Positions 1-14,466 of a DNA stretch of 64,000 nucleotides are shown one piece after another. The first letter of the stretch is position 1. The number at the start of each line of letters is the position of its first letter. This DNA comes from the human T2T-CHM13v2.0 reference genome, Homo sapiens. Made by a program: the position numbers and the translations under genes. The notes under the pieces are model-generated. The model made no database searches, was not told where the DNA came from, and was given only the letters and a program-made list of their open reading frames with translations. Where the stretch lies: the NCBI RefSeq assembly GCF_009914755.1, contig NC_060925.1. One strand, written 5' to 3'.

Positions 1-2484
1 GAAAGGAGCCTGAGGCCTTGGCGCCTGGACCAGCACCCAGGTTTCCTGTTCCAGCATAGCATCCTGGGACCCTCTGCTGCCTTGGCCCATTGACCCCTGT
101 CTGGGAAAGAGCTGGGCGGCCTCCCCTGGGCTGAGCACTGTAGTGAGAGTCCAGGGGCTCAGGTCCGTCCTTCCTGCCCAGCTGGGAAAGGTCCTGGCCC
201 TGCCACCCGTTTAGCTCAGGTTCCTTCCCTGCTTCCAGCTCCTCTTTCAGGCCATACCTGAGAATCCTGTGTCTCTTTGGCTACCAGGAAGCTCCCCCAG
301 GGCCAAAAGACAGTGGTTTTGTCCTGACAGTTACTGGCCCCTCTTTCCCTGGGCTGCCAGGAAGTGCAGGGCCCGTTTGGCTCAGTTTCTCCCTGGAGTC
401 TTCCTGCACATTAAGGCCTCTCTGGGTGTCCTCCTGTTACACAGATGAAGAAACTGAGGCAGGGGAGGCTTAGGCTTCTGGACGTTTCTTTTCCCAGGGG
501 CTTAAGAGGAGCAACGGGTGCTAACTTTGTTCATATTTATCAAACCAAAGTGACGTCACGCAGAGGAGACTGTGTGTGTGCTAAGGATCTGCAGTATTTC
601 CAGGTTACGTTGTTTTCTTCCCTAACAGAGATGGCAGAGGTGTGGGCCCAGCTGGGTGCTCACTCTGTATTACAGGCCCTTCCAGCGCTAGGAAAAGCCT
701 TTACCTCATAGGTTGTAAGCATGACCCTTAGGGTATCCTGCGGATCAGAGGCCCCCCTGGGACTCAGCCTTTCATGCTAACTGCCATTCTTTCCGGAATA
801 ATCCAGGGCTCTGCAGGGCCCATTTATTAAAGACCTACTCTGTGTACAGTCTAGGCATAGGAGCGAGAGCATTGAAAATGAAGATCATTTCCAAAACAAG
901 CCCAGAGTGGGAAGAGTTAGGTGTCGATTTTGGGGAGGAAAGGGGTGATGGGAGCTACCTTCCCTCTGTCTCTTTCCTCGGTGTCTTCTTTAAAAGCTGG
1001 ATGTTGGGACCACTGTGGCTGACTCTGCGGTGTGGCCCTGAGCAAGTTCCTTCCTGTCTGTGGTCCAGGGTTTACTATCAGATGGAGGGGACAGTGGTTA
1101 GCTCTGAAGATAAAGATCAGAATCGTCCTCATGCCCAGCCCTGCCTGCCCCCAACTTCCTGTCCCTCCCTCCTCCACTCCCCTCACCTTCCACTCCAGCC
1201 ACACTGGCTTCTGTTCAGTTTCCAGAAAGTTCCACGCCCCCCTTCTGCCACAGAGCCTTTGTGAGTGCCGCCCCTCCTGCTCAAAATGCTCTTCTTCCCC
1301 CTCAGCCTCCCCCATCCCTTCCTCAGAGAAGCCCCTGACCACCCCAACCCTCCCAGCCTCCCTGCTGTTCAATCAGGTGCCCTTTCCCTTGCTTTCCTTC
1401 AGGATGCTTTCCTTCAATCAGGTGCTTTCCTTCGGGATGAGGGTTCACTGCACCTCCATTCCTAGGGCAGAGTACCTGGTTAGCGAGGTCAGTACTGAGA
1501 GCGCAGCTCCGAATCTGCTCTGCACACCTCTGACTCCCCAGGGTGAATGAAAAGCAGGTGCCAGTGATGCTGGGTGACACTAAATGTTTAAGAAACTTAA
1601 CACCGTTTATCACTTCAAGCCCCTGGGGATTGAAATCCATGGAAGACTACACCTCTCTTGCCTCAGTTTCCCCATCTTTATAATGGGGAGAGGCCTAATG
1701 GCTGGACAGCACAGCCTGGGTTTGAGTCCTGGCTCTGCCACTGGCCTGCTCTGTGACCTTGGGCAAGTTACTTCCTTCTGAGCCTCAGTTTTCTCAGCTG
1801 TAAAATGGGGATAATAAGACCTCAGAGGATTGTAAGGATTTAGTGCATTTATATACAGAAAGCACTTAGAATGGCACCTAGCACATAGGAAGCGCTCAAT
1901 AGTAGACGAAGGTAGGTGAGGTGATGGCGAAGATTCCTTCTAGAGCTAGACTTCTGTAACACACTACTCAGCCTGGTCAGAGTCTCGAGATCTTAAAGTT
2001 GGGTGCATCGGTCCTTACAGAATTATTTTCCTAGTCTCTTGGAGCTGAGAAAGGAATTTCTTTTGGGCCACAGAGCCAGGCCCCTTGTGGTTCACTCTGG
2101 CCCTGGGCCCTGGAGGTAAAGGTGAAGTATCTCAGCCACCAGCTCTGGATTCCATCTGCCCCCATGTGTGGACCTTTCTCACAAGCCCAAACAGTTCCCA
2201 GCTGAAGGCCTGCGCCCCCAGCGGGGAGGTTGGGTGCACTGGTTTTGGAGGCGAGTTTGAAATTTAATTCCAGTTTTGCCACTTGCTACCTGTGGAGTCT
2301 TGATCAACATAATTTATCTCTGAGTCTGGTTTTCTCATCTGTGAAATGGGAATAATAGTACCAGAGGCTGCTGTGAGGTCCAGATAAGGTCATGTGAGAC
2401 GGTTGGCATAGGGCCTGGCACATAGTTGGTGTGTGGTCAAGAGTAACTCTTCTAGAAATGCTTTTTCCTCTTCTGCCAGAGTGA

Positions 2485-2925
<441 letters not shown>

Positions 2926-3335
2926 ACAGTTCTTTTTTGCAGGTGGTGAGGGCTCCTTCTGCCCTTCCACCCAGGCCAGAAACCCCGGCCTTCTTCGCAA
3001 ACCTTGCCCATGTCTGCGCCAGGACACTGCCTCTGCCCCAGGCATGTGGCATCTCTCCCTTCCAGCCTGACCCCTCAATCCCTTGAGTAAACTTCTAGGG
3101 CCCTCATTGACCACCAGGCCCGTTGAAGCTCCCAATTTGGGGCTCCTGGCCTCCCAAAGTCTCTGTGCCACCCCACCCCGACCTCAGTTATCTCCATGCC
3201 CACCGCCACCCATGCAGGGCCTGGGGCTTGGCCCCACTTTGCCTGGCCGAGCCCCGCTCATACATTGTGCTCAGCCTGGGTCCCTTCCCTTTGGAAGCTC
3301 TTTCTGCAGCTGCCTGCCCTCCCGAGGCATCTGTC

Positions 3336-4388
<1,053 letters not shown>

Positions 4389-4751
4389 TAGAATATTGCA
4401 GAAATCCAGAAAAATAGCCAGGGGGATTTTGTTGTTGTTTTTCCTTACCATAAGGCATACCAAGCTATCTCCCTGTAGAAAAGTCTCAGTGGTGTCCCTC
4501 GTTGCACTTGGCATGAAGCCCACGCTCCTTCCCGAGGCCCTCAGGCCCCCCTACCTGTCCCCAGCTACCCTCCCTTTGCCCGCTCTCTCCAGCCACAACA
4601 GCTGCTTTCCCCTCTGCCCCCCACAGTGCGCCAGCTCCAGTGTCCCAAGAAATCACCCTCACGTGAGTCCCCACCGCTCCGCTTCCCATCGAGGCCTCTT
4701 CTGATTTCAGAGCAGATTCCCTGCATTCCACAAAGGAGCCTCCCACCCTTG

Positions 4752-5636
<885 letters not shown>

Positions 5637-5896
5637 CTTGGAAGGGGTGTGGGTGTCAGCTGCCCCATGGGAGGGGTGAAGGCATGAAGCGGCCCCTCCC
5701 TGGCCTGGCCTGCTTTCTTCCTCCTCCTTCACTCCTGGGCCACCTGCAGTTGCTGGTGTGCCTTTTCAACAGACATTACTGAGGCCCTCAGAGGTGCCAG
5801 GCGCAGGGGCGTCCTGTGTTTTCTGCACCCGACGCTTTCCTGCCCCTGTGGTGGTCATGTTCACAGACCTCTTCTCTCCCCCTTGTTGTGCCACAG

Positions 5897-5931
5897 GTGA
5901 TTCTCCTAGGTCACTGGCTGCTGACAACCTG
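5897..5931 (+). CDS. AGTRAP: AGTRAP coding exon 2 (VILLGHWLLTTW)
   Basis: cag|GTGATTCTCC...ACAACCTG|gtaagt; translation matches the N-terminal TM segment of AT1R-associated protein; 35 nt, phase fits exon 3. Confidence 0.93.
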
Positions 5932-6220
5932 GTAAGTGACTCTGTGGGTATCTTGTGTGTCTCCTGCGGTCTCAGGGTCTGTGTCAGCCGGGTCAGGTCC
6001 TGGTTCTGCCGTGTTTTAACCAGGTCACTTTGGGCCAGACAGCTCTGCCTCTCCGGGTCTTGATTTCCGTCTGTACAATAGGCATAAGGATTGCACACCC
6101 TGCAGGAGCTGGGAGGGAGACGTGGAAGTGCTCATCAGAGCTCCCCAGGGCCTGCCCCACAGTGAGGCCTCAGCACTGCAGCTTGATTTTCACCTTTACC
6201 ATCTCTTTTAATCTGTTGAG

Positions 6221-6317
6221 CTTCTGGAGACATTTCTCTGCCAAACCAAGACTGGAAACCATTGAGCTCACCTGTGCACTTTGCAAACTTCGAAGTGCAG
6301 CGCACAGGGCAACAGCT
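6221..6317 (+). CDS. AGTRAP: AGTRAP alternative 97-nt frameshifting cassette exon (CFWRHFSAKPRLETIELTCALCKLRSAAHRATA)
   Basis: pyrimidine tract + gag| acceptor, |gtgagt donor; open frame joins exon 2 to the alternative frame of exons 3-4. Confidence 0.6.
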
Positions 6318-7533
6318 GTGAGTAATGTGAACTGTAACCATCATGATTCACGACCTTGAGAAGCAGGGCCAAAATACAGATTTCTTAGTCACACTTCCCC
6401 AAGATTCTGAGTTGGTGATTCTGGGCTGGGACCCAGGCACCTGCTTTCTTAAAAGCAAAAGATAAGATGGTTTATTCAAAGACCTATTGAACCGAATGGC
6501 ACTCCACACCTGCCTTGCACATGTCTTCTGCATGTTACACTTTAGTGAATGTCCTATAAATCTAGGAAGCGCCCGCTGCATGCAGGGGAAGGCAAGGCCC
6601 AGTGGGTTTGGTAATAAATGAGGTAGACTCAGTCCCTGTCCCCCTGAGTCTTCCTTGCAGCACAGCAGGGTGAGCAAGAGCATGGCCTCTCCAGCCAGAC
6701 TCCAAATCCCAGCCCCACTGCTCAGCAACTGTGTGACCTTGGGCGAGTTACTTAACCTCATTGTGTCTCAGTTTCCTCATCTCTAAAGTGAGGGTAACAA
6801 TAATACTTCCTTCCTATGGTTATTAACATAAATGTACATGAATGAGTTAATTTAAAACAGAACCATGCTAGGTACTAGCAAGTGATCTGTGTTCACTATG
6901 ATTTTGATTGGATTGACAAGTAAGTCAACAATGTCAGTATCAGTACCCTAAAAATAGAATAGGGCGGGCCTTGTGTTAGGAAAGTGACGAACTTGTACTT
7001 AGCACCGGTGGGCAAGGGAAGGAGTCTCAGGGTGAACATTCGAGTCTCAGGGTGAATGACAAAAGGAGGGCCAGGTGTCAGGGTAGAGGGCGCCCGCCGC
7101 ACAGGGCAGTGGCTGGGAGGTCAGTAGGGCGAGGCTGTGTCCGGGATCCCACAGGCCCCTTAGGCCCTGGTGAAGAGTCTGCATTTTATTCCAAATGGGA
7201 CAGAAAACTGTTGGAGGATTTTTAGCAGAGGAGTGACAGCATCTGACTACGTTACCGGTTGCTGTTTAGAGAACAGAGTGGCAGTCAGGACGCTGGCACA
7301 GGGTGGCTGCGGCTGTCATCTGCCAGGAGAGGGAGGTGCTTTGGATCTACAGGGACACAGCCAGATCCAGGGTCTGGGTGGGAGGCGGAGCCCATGGGAT
7401 TTGCTGGCACACAGCCGGGTGGCCTCGAAGACTATGGCATGTTCTGGGAGGAGGCCCTGAGATGCCGGAGCAGGAGGGAGGTGACCTGCGGGGTGGTGGC
7501 CTCCTGACGGGACTGAGCTACCTCTTCCTACAG

Positions 7534-7639
7534 GGGCTGCATTGTATTCTCAGGCTCCTATGCCTGGGCCAACTTCACCATCCTGGCCTTGGGCGTGTGG
7601 GCTGTGGCTCAGCGGGACTCCATCGACGCCATAAGCATG
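7534..7639 (+). CDS. AGTRAP: AGTRAP coding exon 3 (GCIVFSGSYAWANFTILALGVWAVAQRDSIDAISM)
   Basis: cctacag| acceptor, |gtgagc donor, 106 nt, recognisable AGTRAP peptide. Confidence 0.95.
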
Positions 7640-8508
7640 GTGAGCCAGGGTGGGGGAGAGGCGGCAAGGCGGGGAGCCGCAGCACAGGGCAAGACATAGC
7701 CTGGCTCTGCTACCCCGTCCCATCCCAATCTTCCCCCTCTTCCTTGGGCCACCACTTCCCATTGTCTAAAGCCTGTTCATCAGCCTCCTGGGCTCCGGCC
7801 CATGCCTGTGTTCAGGAGCCCAGCCTGCTGCTCTTCTTGTCTGGCTTAGAGAACCCCAAGTCTGCCATTATCTCCCTGAGGAAAGCCATGGGGTGGGTCC
7901 CACCAGTGCCTCGGATTAGCCACTTCGCAAGAGCAGTGGAACATCCCCTGTAACCTCCCTCTGCGGCTCTCTTTTAGGGGAGGGGATATGGCTGGGAGAC
8001 CCGGCCAAGAGGGCATTTCACTACTTTAGGAAGTAGAGGTGACCCTGCCCCACCGAAACCTCCCACAGGGGGAGCTTCTCAGCACCCACGGAGCCCCGTG
8101 GGGCAGTGAGCACTCCCGCACGGGCTCTTCAAGCCGAGGCCAGGGCCTCAGGATGACTGAGAAGAGATTTTCTTTGTGTTGGAGAAGGACTGGGTGAACT
8201 CCAAGGAACCTTCCTCTATGGAGGTTCTAGAGCCAAGTCTTGTGCCCATCATGGCCTTGGAGATGACGGGAAATGGGTGGGGAGGGAGGCTCTGGTGGAA
8301 CCGAGACCTGGGCCCCCGGCATCCCTGCCCCCAGACTGCAGTCTCAGCCAGCGGCTCCCCAGCGGGGCCCTGCCTGCTTGCTTGATCCATTTTCCCGCAA
8401 GCCCCAAGGACACAGCAGGGCATGAAACGGCTTCCCATCCGGTGTGTGGCGGGGGAGCCACGGAGCGTGGTGGGGGTGTTGTGCTCATCAGTGTGGTGTG
8501 TCTTGCAG

Positions 8509-8704
8509 TTTCTGGGTGGCTTGCTGGCCACCATCTTCCTGGACATCGTGCACATCAGCATCTTCTACCCGCGGGTCAGCCTCACGGACACGGGCCGCTT
8601 TGGCGTGGGCATGGCCATCCTCAGCTTGCTGCTCAAGCCGCTCTCCTGCTGCTTCGTCTACCACATGTACCGGGAGCGCGGGGGTGAGCTCCTGGTCCAC
8701 ACTG
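8509..8704 (+). CDS. AGTRAP: AGTRAP coding exon 4 (FLGGLLATIFLDIVH...ERGGELLVHT); alternative donor after 8683
   Basis: ttgcag| acceptor, |gtgagg donor; matches ORF 8422..8781 core. Confidence 0.95.
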
Positions 8705-10170
8705 GTGAGGCCACCACCTCCAGCCAGCTCCTCACCGCTCCCGTCTCTCCCTTGCCTGGCCTCCAGCCTCTCCCTCAGTGAGCCAGCCTTGCCCCATGGG
8801 GCCAGGGCTCAAGGTGCAGGGAGAGCGTGGCATGGGCGCTCTGTACTAGGCTGGACAGGTCCAAGCTCCTAGTCTCTGCTGCAGGAGCCCAGGGGTCCCC
8901 TGGTTGTCCTGGTCTGCCGTGACCTTCTTCTGCTGTGAAGCTGAGGCTGGGCCCTTCTCTCAGCCCAGAACACAGGCACAGCTGGGGGTACCATTTAGTT
9001 CCCAGGGGCAGCCCTGGGCTGTCTCCATCCTGAGGGCCACGGGCACCTACAGGTCTCCTCTCTGTTCTCACCGGGGCCCATCACTGGAACCCCATTTCCT
9101 GCCACATGGGGTCTTCCCTCTCCTGCTGCAGAGACTGCTAGGTGGCCAGGGCAGAGCCCGTGCCAGTGTAGGCTGTGGGAGCCTCAGTGAAGACAGCCCT
9201 GAACAGGGGGCACTTTCCCTGCCCACCGGCCCCTCCCCACTCACCCAGCCTTACACCTGCCCTCTCCCACGCCCTCTCTGAACTCCTGTACTCCTTCTCC
9301 TGGTGGCCGAGCCATTTGCCTGCTCTCTGACACCTCTCTCTCTCTTCCTTTCTCTCTCTCTTTGAGAGGAGTGGAGGGAGGTGGTAGGGTGTGGCCTTCT
9401 GCCTTTCACTCCTGAGATGAGATGCCCCACGTGGCCTGGGACTGCCACCAGCTGGTTGAGGGTGGGAATGGCCTGGGGCTGCCCACAGTGGCTGACCTCA
9501 GCACTGCCTGGGCCTGCCCCCAGGTGAGGGGTGCCAGAATGTTTCTCCCATTGGACAGATGAGGAAACTGAGGCCCACATCCTTTGGGACTTGTTCAGGG
9601 TCCCGGGATGAATGTACAGAGTAGGGGATGGGAGTGAGGCATGTGGCGTACTCGGAGCCCTACGGCCCTGCCTTGGACCCAGCCCCAGCCTCCGAGGCCA
9701 TCTGGATATGGTAATGTGGTGTCCTTGTACCTGGGAGGGGAGCTGGAGAGGAGTGCGTGGGCCCGGGGCTGATGTCCCTCTGCCCAGGTTCCTAAGCACG
9801 TGCTGCCTGGGGAAGCCCATGGCACAGGGGCCAGGAGCCTGGCTTTGGACTCGGCTGCCTAGGCGTGGGTCCCAGCATCATCAGCTTTGAGCTGTGTGAT
9901 CTCGGGCAAGTCACTTCATCCCTTTGACCCACAGTCTCCTCATCTGTAAAGTGGGGACAATAAAAATACCCGTTGCACAGGGATACGGCAGGATTGAATG
10001 AATAATACACGCTAAAGGTTTAGGGCCTGGGGCTGCTGCCTCTGTCTCTGTGCATGGTGTCAGGATGCCCAGCCCGAGGGTGGCGGGGGTGGATCTTGGG
10101 TTGGACTCAGCTGAACATCCCGAGTTCTCACCCTTCATTTTTCTTTCCCACCATGTCCCCTGTCACCTAG

Positions 10171-10286
10171 GTTTCCTTGGGTCTTCTCAGGACCGTAGTG
10201 CCTACCAGACGATTGACTCAGCAGAGGCGCCCGCAGATCCCTTTGCAGTCCCAGAGGGCAGGAGTCAAGATGCCCGAGGGTACTGA
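10171..10286 (+). CDS. AGTRAP: AGTRAP last coding exon (GFLGSSQDRSAYQTIDSAEAPADPFAVPEGRSQDARGY*)
   Basis: cacctag| acceptor, TGA at 10284-10286; recognisable AGTRAP C-terminus. Confidence 0.95.
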
Positions 10287-10840
10287 AGCCAGCCACGCTG
10301 CGCCCGGCCCTGCCCCGGGCCTTCCTCGTGCCTGGGAGGTCGTTCTAGGGATGCTCCTGACCTCCGTCTCTTGGACCTAAGATGGAATGTGTCCCCAGCT
10401 CAGGGATTGCCTGAACCAAGAGGCCAGGAGCCCCCATGGGCCGCCCAGTACCATGCACACTCCTGTCCCGAACTCCCTGAGGCCTCCCCTCCCTTCAGGG
10501 CACCCACTGGTTCCCAGGCTGGAACCAGGGTCTCTCTTTACCTCCTACCCCATGGTGGCACCACAGAGGCCCTCAGCCGAGTCCTGCCTGAGTGTTGCAA
10601 GCTCAGGCCTTTAAGGACTGCTGATGCCCCCTCAGGCCTCCCCCAAGTTTGCTGGGCTTTGGTGGAAGCCCTGAGAGCTTCAGGTCCTGCTCAGCCCGAG
10701 GAGCAGTCTGGCATGGGAGTGAGGCCCCGTCCTTCTCACTGCCTGGTCACATGGTGCCTAGGGATGCAGGGCTGGAGGCCAGAGGTGTCAGCAACACTGT
10801 GACCCACCACAACCTCCAGCCTCCCTTTTCAGAGCACAGC

Positions 10841-10846
10841 ATTAAA
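10841..10846 (+). terminator. AGTRAP: AGTRAP polyadenylation signal (ATTAAA)
   Basis: ATTAAA ~555 nt after the stop, followed by GT/T-rich sequence (ctgtgttttg). Confidence 0.75.
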
Positions 10847-11782
10847 GTTTGGGGAATTCTGTAGATGGGCTGTGTTTTGAACCACCTTCAATCTCCTGGC
10901 TGGGCTGGGGCCTGGCCTTGTTCCTGGGAAGATGTCTCCTGCCAGTTCCCAGGTGGAGCCTGTGCTGTGCTGCCCCATTCTGTCATGGCAGGAGGAAACA
11001 GGCATGTGCATTGGCTGAGCTGGGCTTGAGCCTGGCTCTGGCCTAGCAGAGGCCACAGGAGAGAGAGACACTGGTGGGTGTGGTGCGTGGGCATCCGTTT
11101 CTCTGAACCAGATGACCCAGGCACTCTTTGGAATCCTGCTCTGCCACTTACTAGCTGCATGCCTTCAGTGTCTTCTAGAAAGGGTTGGTGCCTGCTCCAG
11201 GTGTGAAGTGCCTGGCGTGAGGAGGGCTCCCTAAGTGATGGTGAACTTGTTAGCAGTGGACCTGCTCCTCAGGCCAGTGACGATGCTAGGTTAGGAGGCA
11301 GGGGCGACCTCTTCCTGGTAGCCCCTGTGTCTGGTCACAGCTGACTTGGGCTGACACGTCCAGAAGTTCCCCAGGGCCTCGGCCCACCCCACGGACAGGT
11401 CTAGCTATTCACAGCTTGCTCTTCTGCCCCCTGGGCACCAAGTGCCAGGGCTTTCCCAGGCCATCCTGGCTTGTCCCTGGCACAGGGTCAAGGCCTAGTG
11501 CACAACTCCCATTATTCTCTTGCGTCCATCTGTCAATCAAAAGAGGCTCAGTACCTGCCTGGTGCCGAGCGGGCTTGGGGCTGCAGTGGTGACCTTGGGA
11601 GCCTGCTCTCAACCTAGGAGTCTTCCCACCTGGAGGATTACAGACAGAGGCAAGAGCCCCGAAAGAAGAGGACATGGGCCTCTGGGTCAGGGAGGAAGGC
11701 TGCTGTGGGGAAGGGGCTGTGCTCCGGGCAGAGGGCTGCTGAGCAGCTGCAGTTGTGAGAAACTGGAAACAGCCTCACTGTC

Positions 11783-12014
11783 GGGAGACGGACCAGTAAG
11801 CCACGGTCCATTCATTACAGGGAGTATGGACCAGGAAGCCACAGTCTATTCATTGTAGGGAGTATGGACCAGGAAGCCACAGTCTATTCATTGTAGGGAG
11901 TATGGACCAGGAAGCCACAGTCCATTCATTGTAGGGAGTATGGACCAGTAAGCCACGGTCCATTCATTATAGGGAGTACGGACCAGTAAGCCACGGTCCA
12001 TTCATCGTATGGAG
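11783..12014. repeat. 38-bp minisatellite, ~6 copies (gggagtatggaccag[g/t]aagccac[a/g]gtc[t/c]attcattgta)
   Basis: Units begin at ~11783, 11820, 11858, 11896, 11934, 11972, head-to-tail with no spacers. Confidence 0.95.
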
Positions 12015-13070
12015 CACAGTGCAGCAGTTACAGCTGTTAAACCAGACCTATTTCCACCAACGTTGGCCCCCCGCAAATGTGAACAAAGCAGATTGCAGAA
12101 TGGCATTGGGATGAATTTTCAGACCTCACAGCAATGCCATATGTTGTTCCTGGGTGTATGTGCAGTAAAATAGAAAAGCATGGACTAGAAGGACACCTGT
12201 CAGGTTCATGACTGTAGCCACCCTGGGTGGAGGAGGAGCGTGACCCGAGGGGAATGGGACTAAGACCCAAGTCCGTTTATCTTGTGTATACAGCATCCTG
12301 GCCCCGGGAAGGCTTGTGTACCTGCGTCGTGAACGTGTCAGATTCCCAAAGGGAATGAAAAGCCAGGGCAGGGGCTTGGCCCAGGCAGTGGGGGCAGATG
12401 ATGCAGCCTGGGCCACGCACAGGGGAGTGTATCTAGACACCTCAGTCCCTCATCGTCCCAGACCCCCAGGTTGAACCGGCTCTTTGCGGGAGAGGACAGA
12501 GGAAAGCTCCTGTCTCAGAGTGTACCCCAGAAGCAGAGCCTGCGATGAAAGCAAGGGTGCCAGGCTTTCCAGTCATTGGCTAGGAGCTGCTCAGGGAGTG
12601 GGAGAGGGTGGCTTAGATTTGCAGGCACTGTGCCACCCCCCGACTGTGCAGGCAGTCGGGAGCCGGAGGGCCATCAGAGGCAGACAGAAACGGTGGAGGA
12701 GGCAACCATGTGGCTGCCCCTTCCACACAGCGGCCTTAACAGGGAGAGCTTCTAACATACAACAAGCGCCCCAGAGCCCACTGTGAGTGAGGCCGTGTTC
12801 CAGAGGCAGGGGATGCCAGGGTGCGGGAAAAGTCACCCAGGGGCATTCCATTTAGCATGAGAGGTTCTTGGTGACAGCTAACAAGGCCTGAGGCAGAGAG
12901 TGGCTGAGCAGAGAGGGTGGGGGAGGGAGAGAAGAAGACAATGAGGTCAGAAGGTGGCTGGGGTCAGATGTGCAGGCTTAGCAAGTCATTCTGAGGACTC
13001 CAGTTCTGGCTGAATGAGATGGGAGCCCCTGGAGGGTGTTGGTCAGAGCCGGGCAAGGTCTGCCTTATAT

Positions 13071-13660
13071 TCTTTTTTTTTTTTGAGACGGAGTCTCCCT
13101 CTGTCGCCCAGGCTGGAGTGCAGTGACGCGATCTCAGCTCACCACAACCTCTGCCTCCCAGGTTCAAACAATTCTCCTGCCTCAGCTTCCTGAGTAGCTG
13201 GGATTACAGGCATGCGCCACCACGCCCAGCTAATTTTGTATTTTTAGTAGAGATGGGGTTTCTCCATGTTGGTCAGGATGGTCTTGATCTCCTGACCTTG
13301 TGATCCACCTGCCTCGGCCTCCCAAAGTGCTGGGATTACAGGCGTGAGCCACTGCACCTGGCGTTTTGTTTTGTTTTGTTTTGTTTTGAGACAGAGTTTC
13401 GCTCTTGTTGCCCAGGCTGGCGTGCAGTGGTGCAATCTTGGCTCACTGCAGCTGGGTTCAAGCGATTCTCCTGCCTCAGCCTTCCAAATAGCTGGGATAA
13501 CAGGTGCCTACCAACATGCCCAGCTAATTTTTGTATTTTTAGTAGAGATGGGGTTCACCATGTTGGCCAGGCTGCTCTTGGACTCCTAGCCTCAAGTGAT
13601 CTGCCCACCTTGGCTTCCCAAAGTGCTGGGATTACAGGCATAAGCCACTGCACCTGGCTT
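13071..13660 (-). mobile_element. Two tandem antisense Alus
   Basis: Alu motifs; T-tail and (GTTTT)n tail. Confidence 0.9.
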
Positions 13661-14110
13661 GCATTCTAAAAGGACCATGTTGGTGGCTTGGATGGGGGCA
13701 GTGGTGGGGGTGGTGACAAGTGGTCAACTCTTGGACACTCTCTGAAGGCAAAGCAGCAGGACCTGTGATGGGCTGGATAGAGGATGCAGAGACAAGCCCG
13801 GGACTGTGAGGTGTGGGCCTGACTGGAAGGCTGGAGCTGCCGCTAGCCAGGAGGGAGGACGTGGGAGGGCAGGTCCAGGATGAGGGCAGGTCCAGGATAA
13901 GCCCAGGACTTGAGCCATGGACGGGCTGCACTGTGCTAACGAGGCTTTCCAACTGGACATTCTCACCACTGTGCAACTTTTAAAAGGCCCATGTCTGTAG
14001 GGACTTGGAAGTAGGGCACCCTGCAGGTTTATATAGTGTCTGACATTCTTGAGGCTGTCAACCACAGGAAGCAAATTCCTCTTGCCTCTGGTCTCCTGCT
14101 GGAGAGGGCT

Positions 14111-14466
14111 TGTATCAGTCTGTTCTCATGCTGCTGATAAAGACATACAAGACGGGGTAATTTATAAAGGAAAGAGGTTTAATGGACTCAAAGTTCCACA
14201 TGGCTGGGAAGGCCTCACCATTATGGTGGAAGGTGAATGAGGGGCAAAATCACGTCTTACATGGAGGCAGGCAAGAGATAGAGCCCTTGCAGAGGAACTC
14301 CCATTTATAAAGCCATCAGATCTCATGAGACTTATTCACCATCACCAGAACAGTATGGGGAACCATCCCCATGATTCGAGTATCTCTACCTGGCCCCGGT
14401 CTTGACACATGGGGATTATTACAATTCAAGGTGAGCTTTGGGTGGGGACACAGCCAAACCATATCA
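14111..14466. mobile_element. THE1-type (MaLR) solo LTR, THE1C-like
   Basis: tgtatcagtctgttctcatgctgctgataaagacat...gggtggggacacagccaaaccatatca; near-identical 5-bp flanks gggct/ggact. Confidence 0.85.

Noticed and set aside
1366-1440. Short nested direct repeats (ttcaatcaggtgc, tgctttccttc)
   Set aside because: Only 2-3 short copies, typical slippage duplication with no further structure
11783-12014. CRISPR-like array (38-bp partly palindromic repeats)
   Set aside because: Units are contiguous with no unique spacers, there are no cas genes, and the DNA is human; it is a minisatellite
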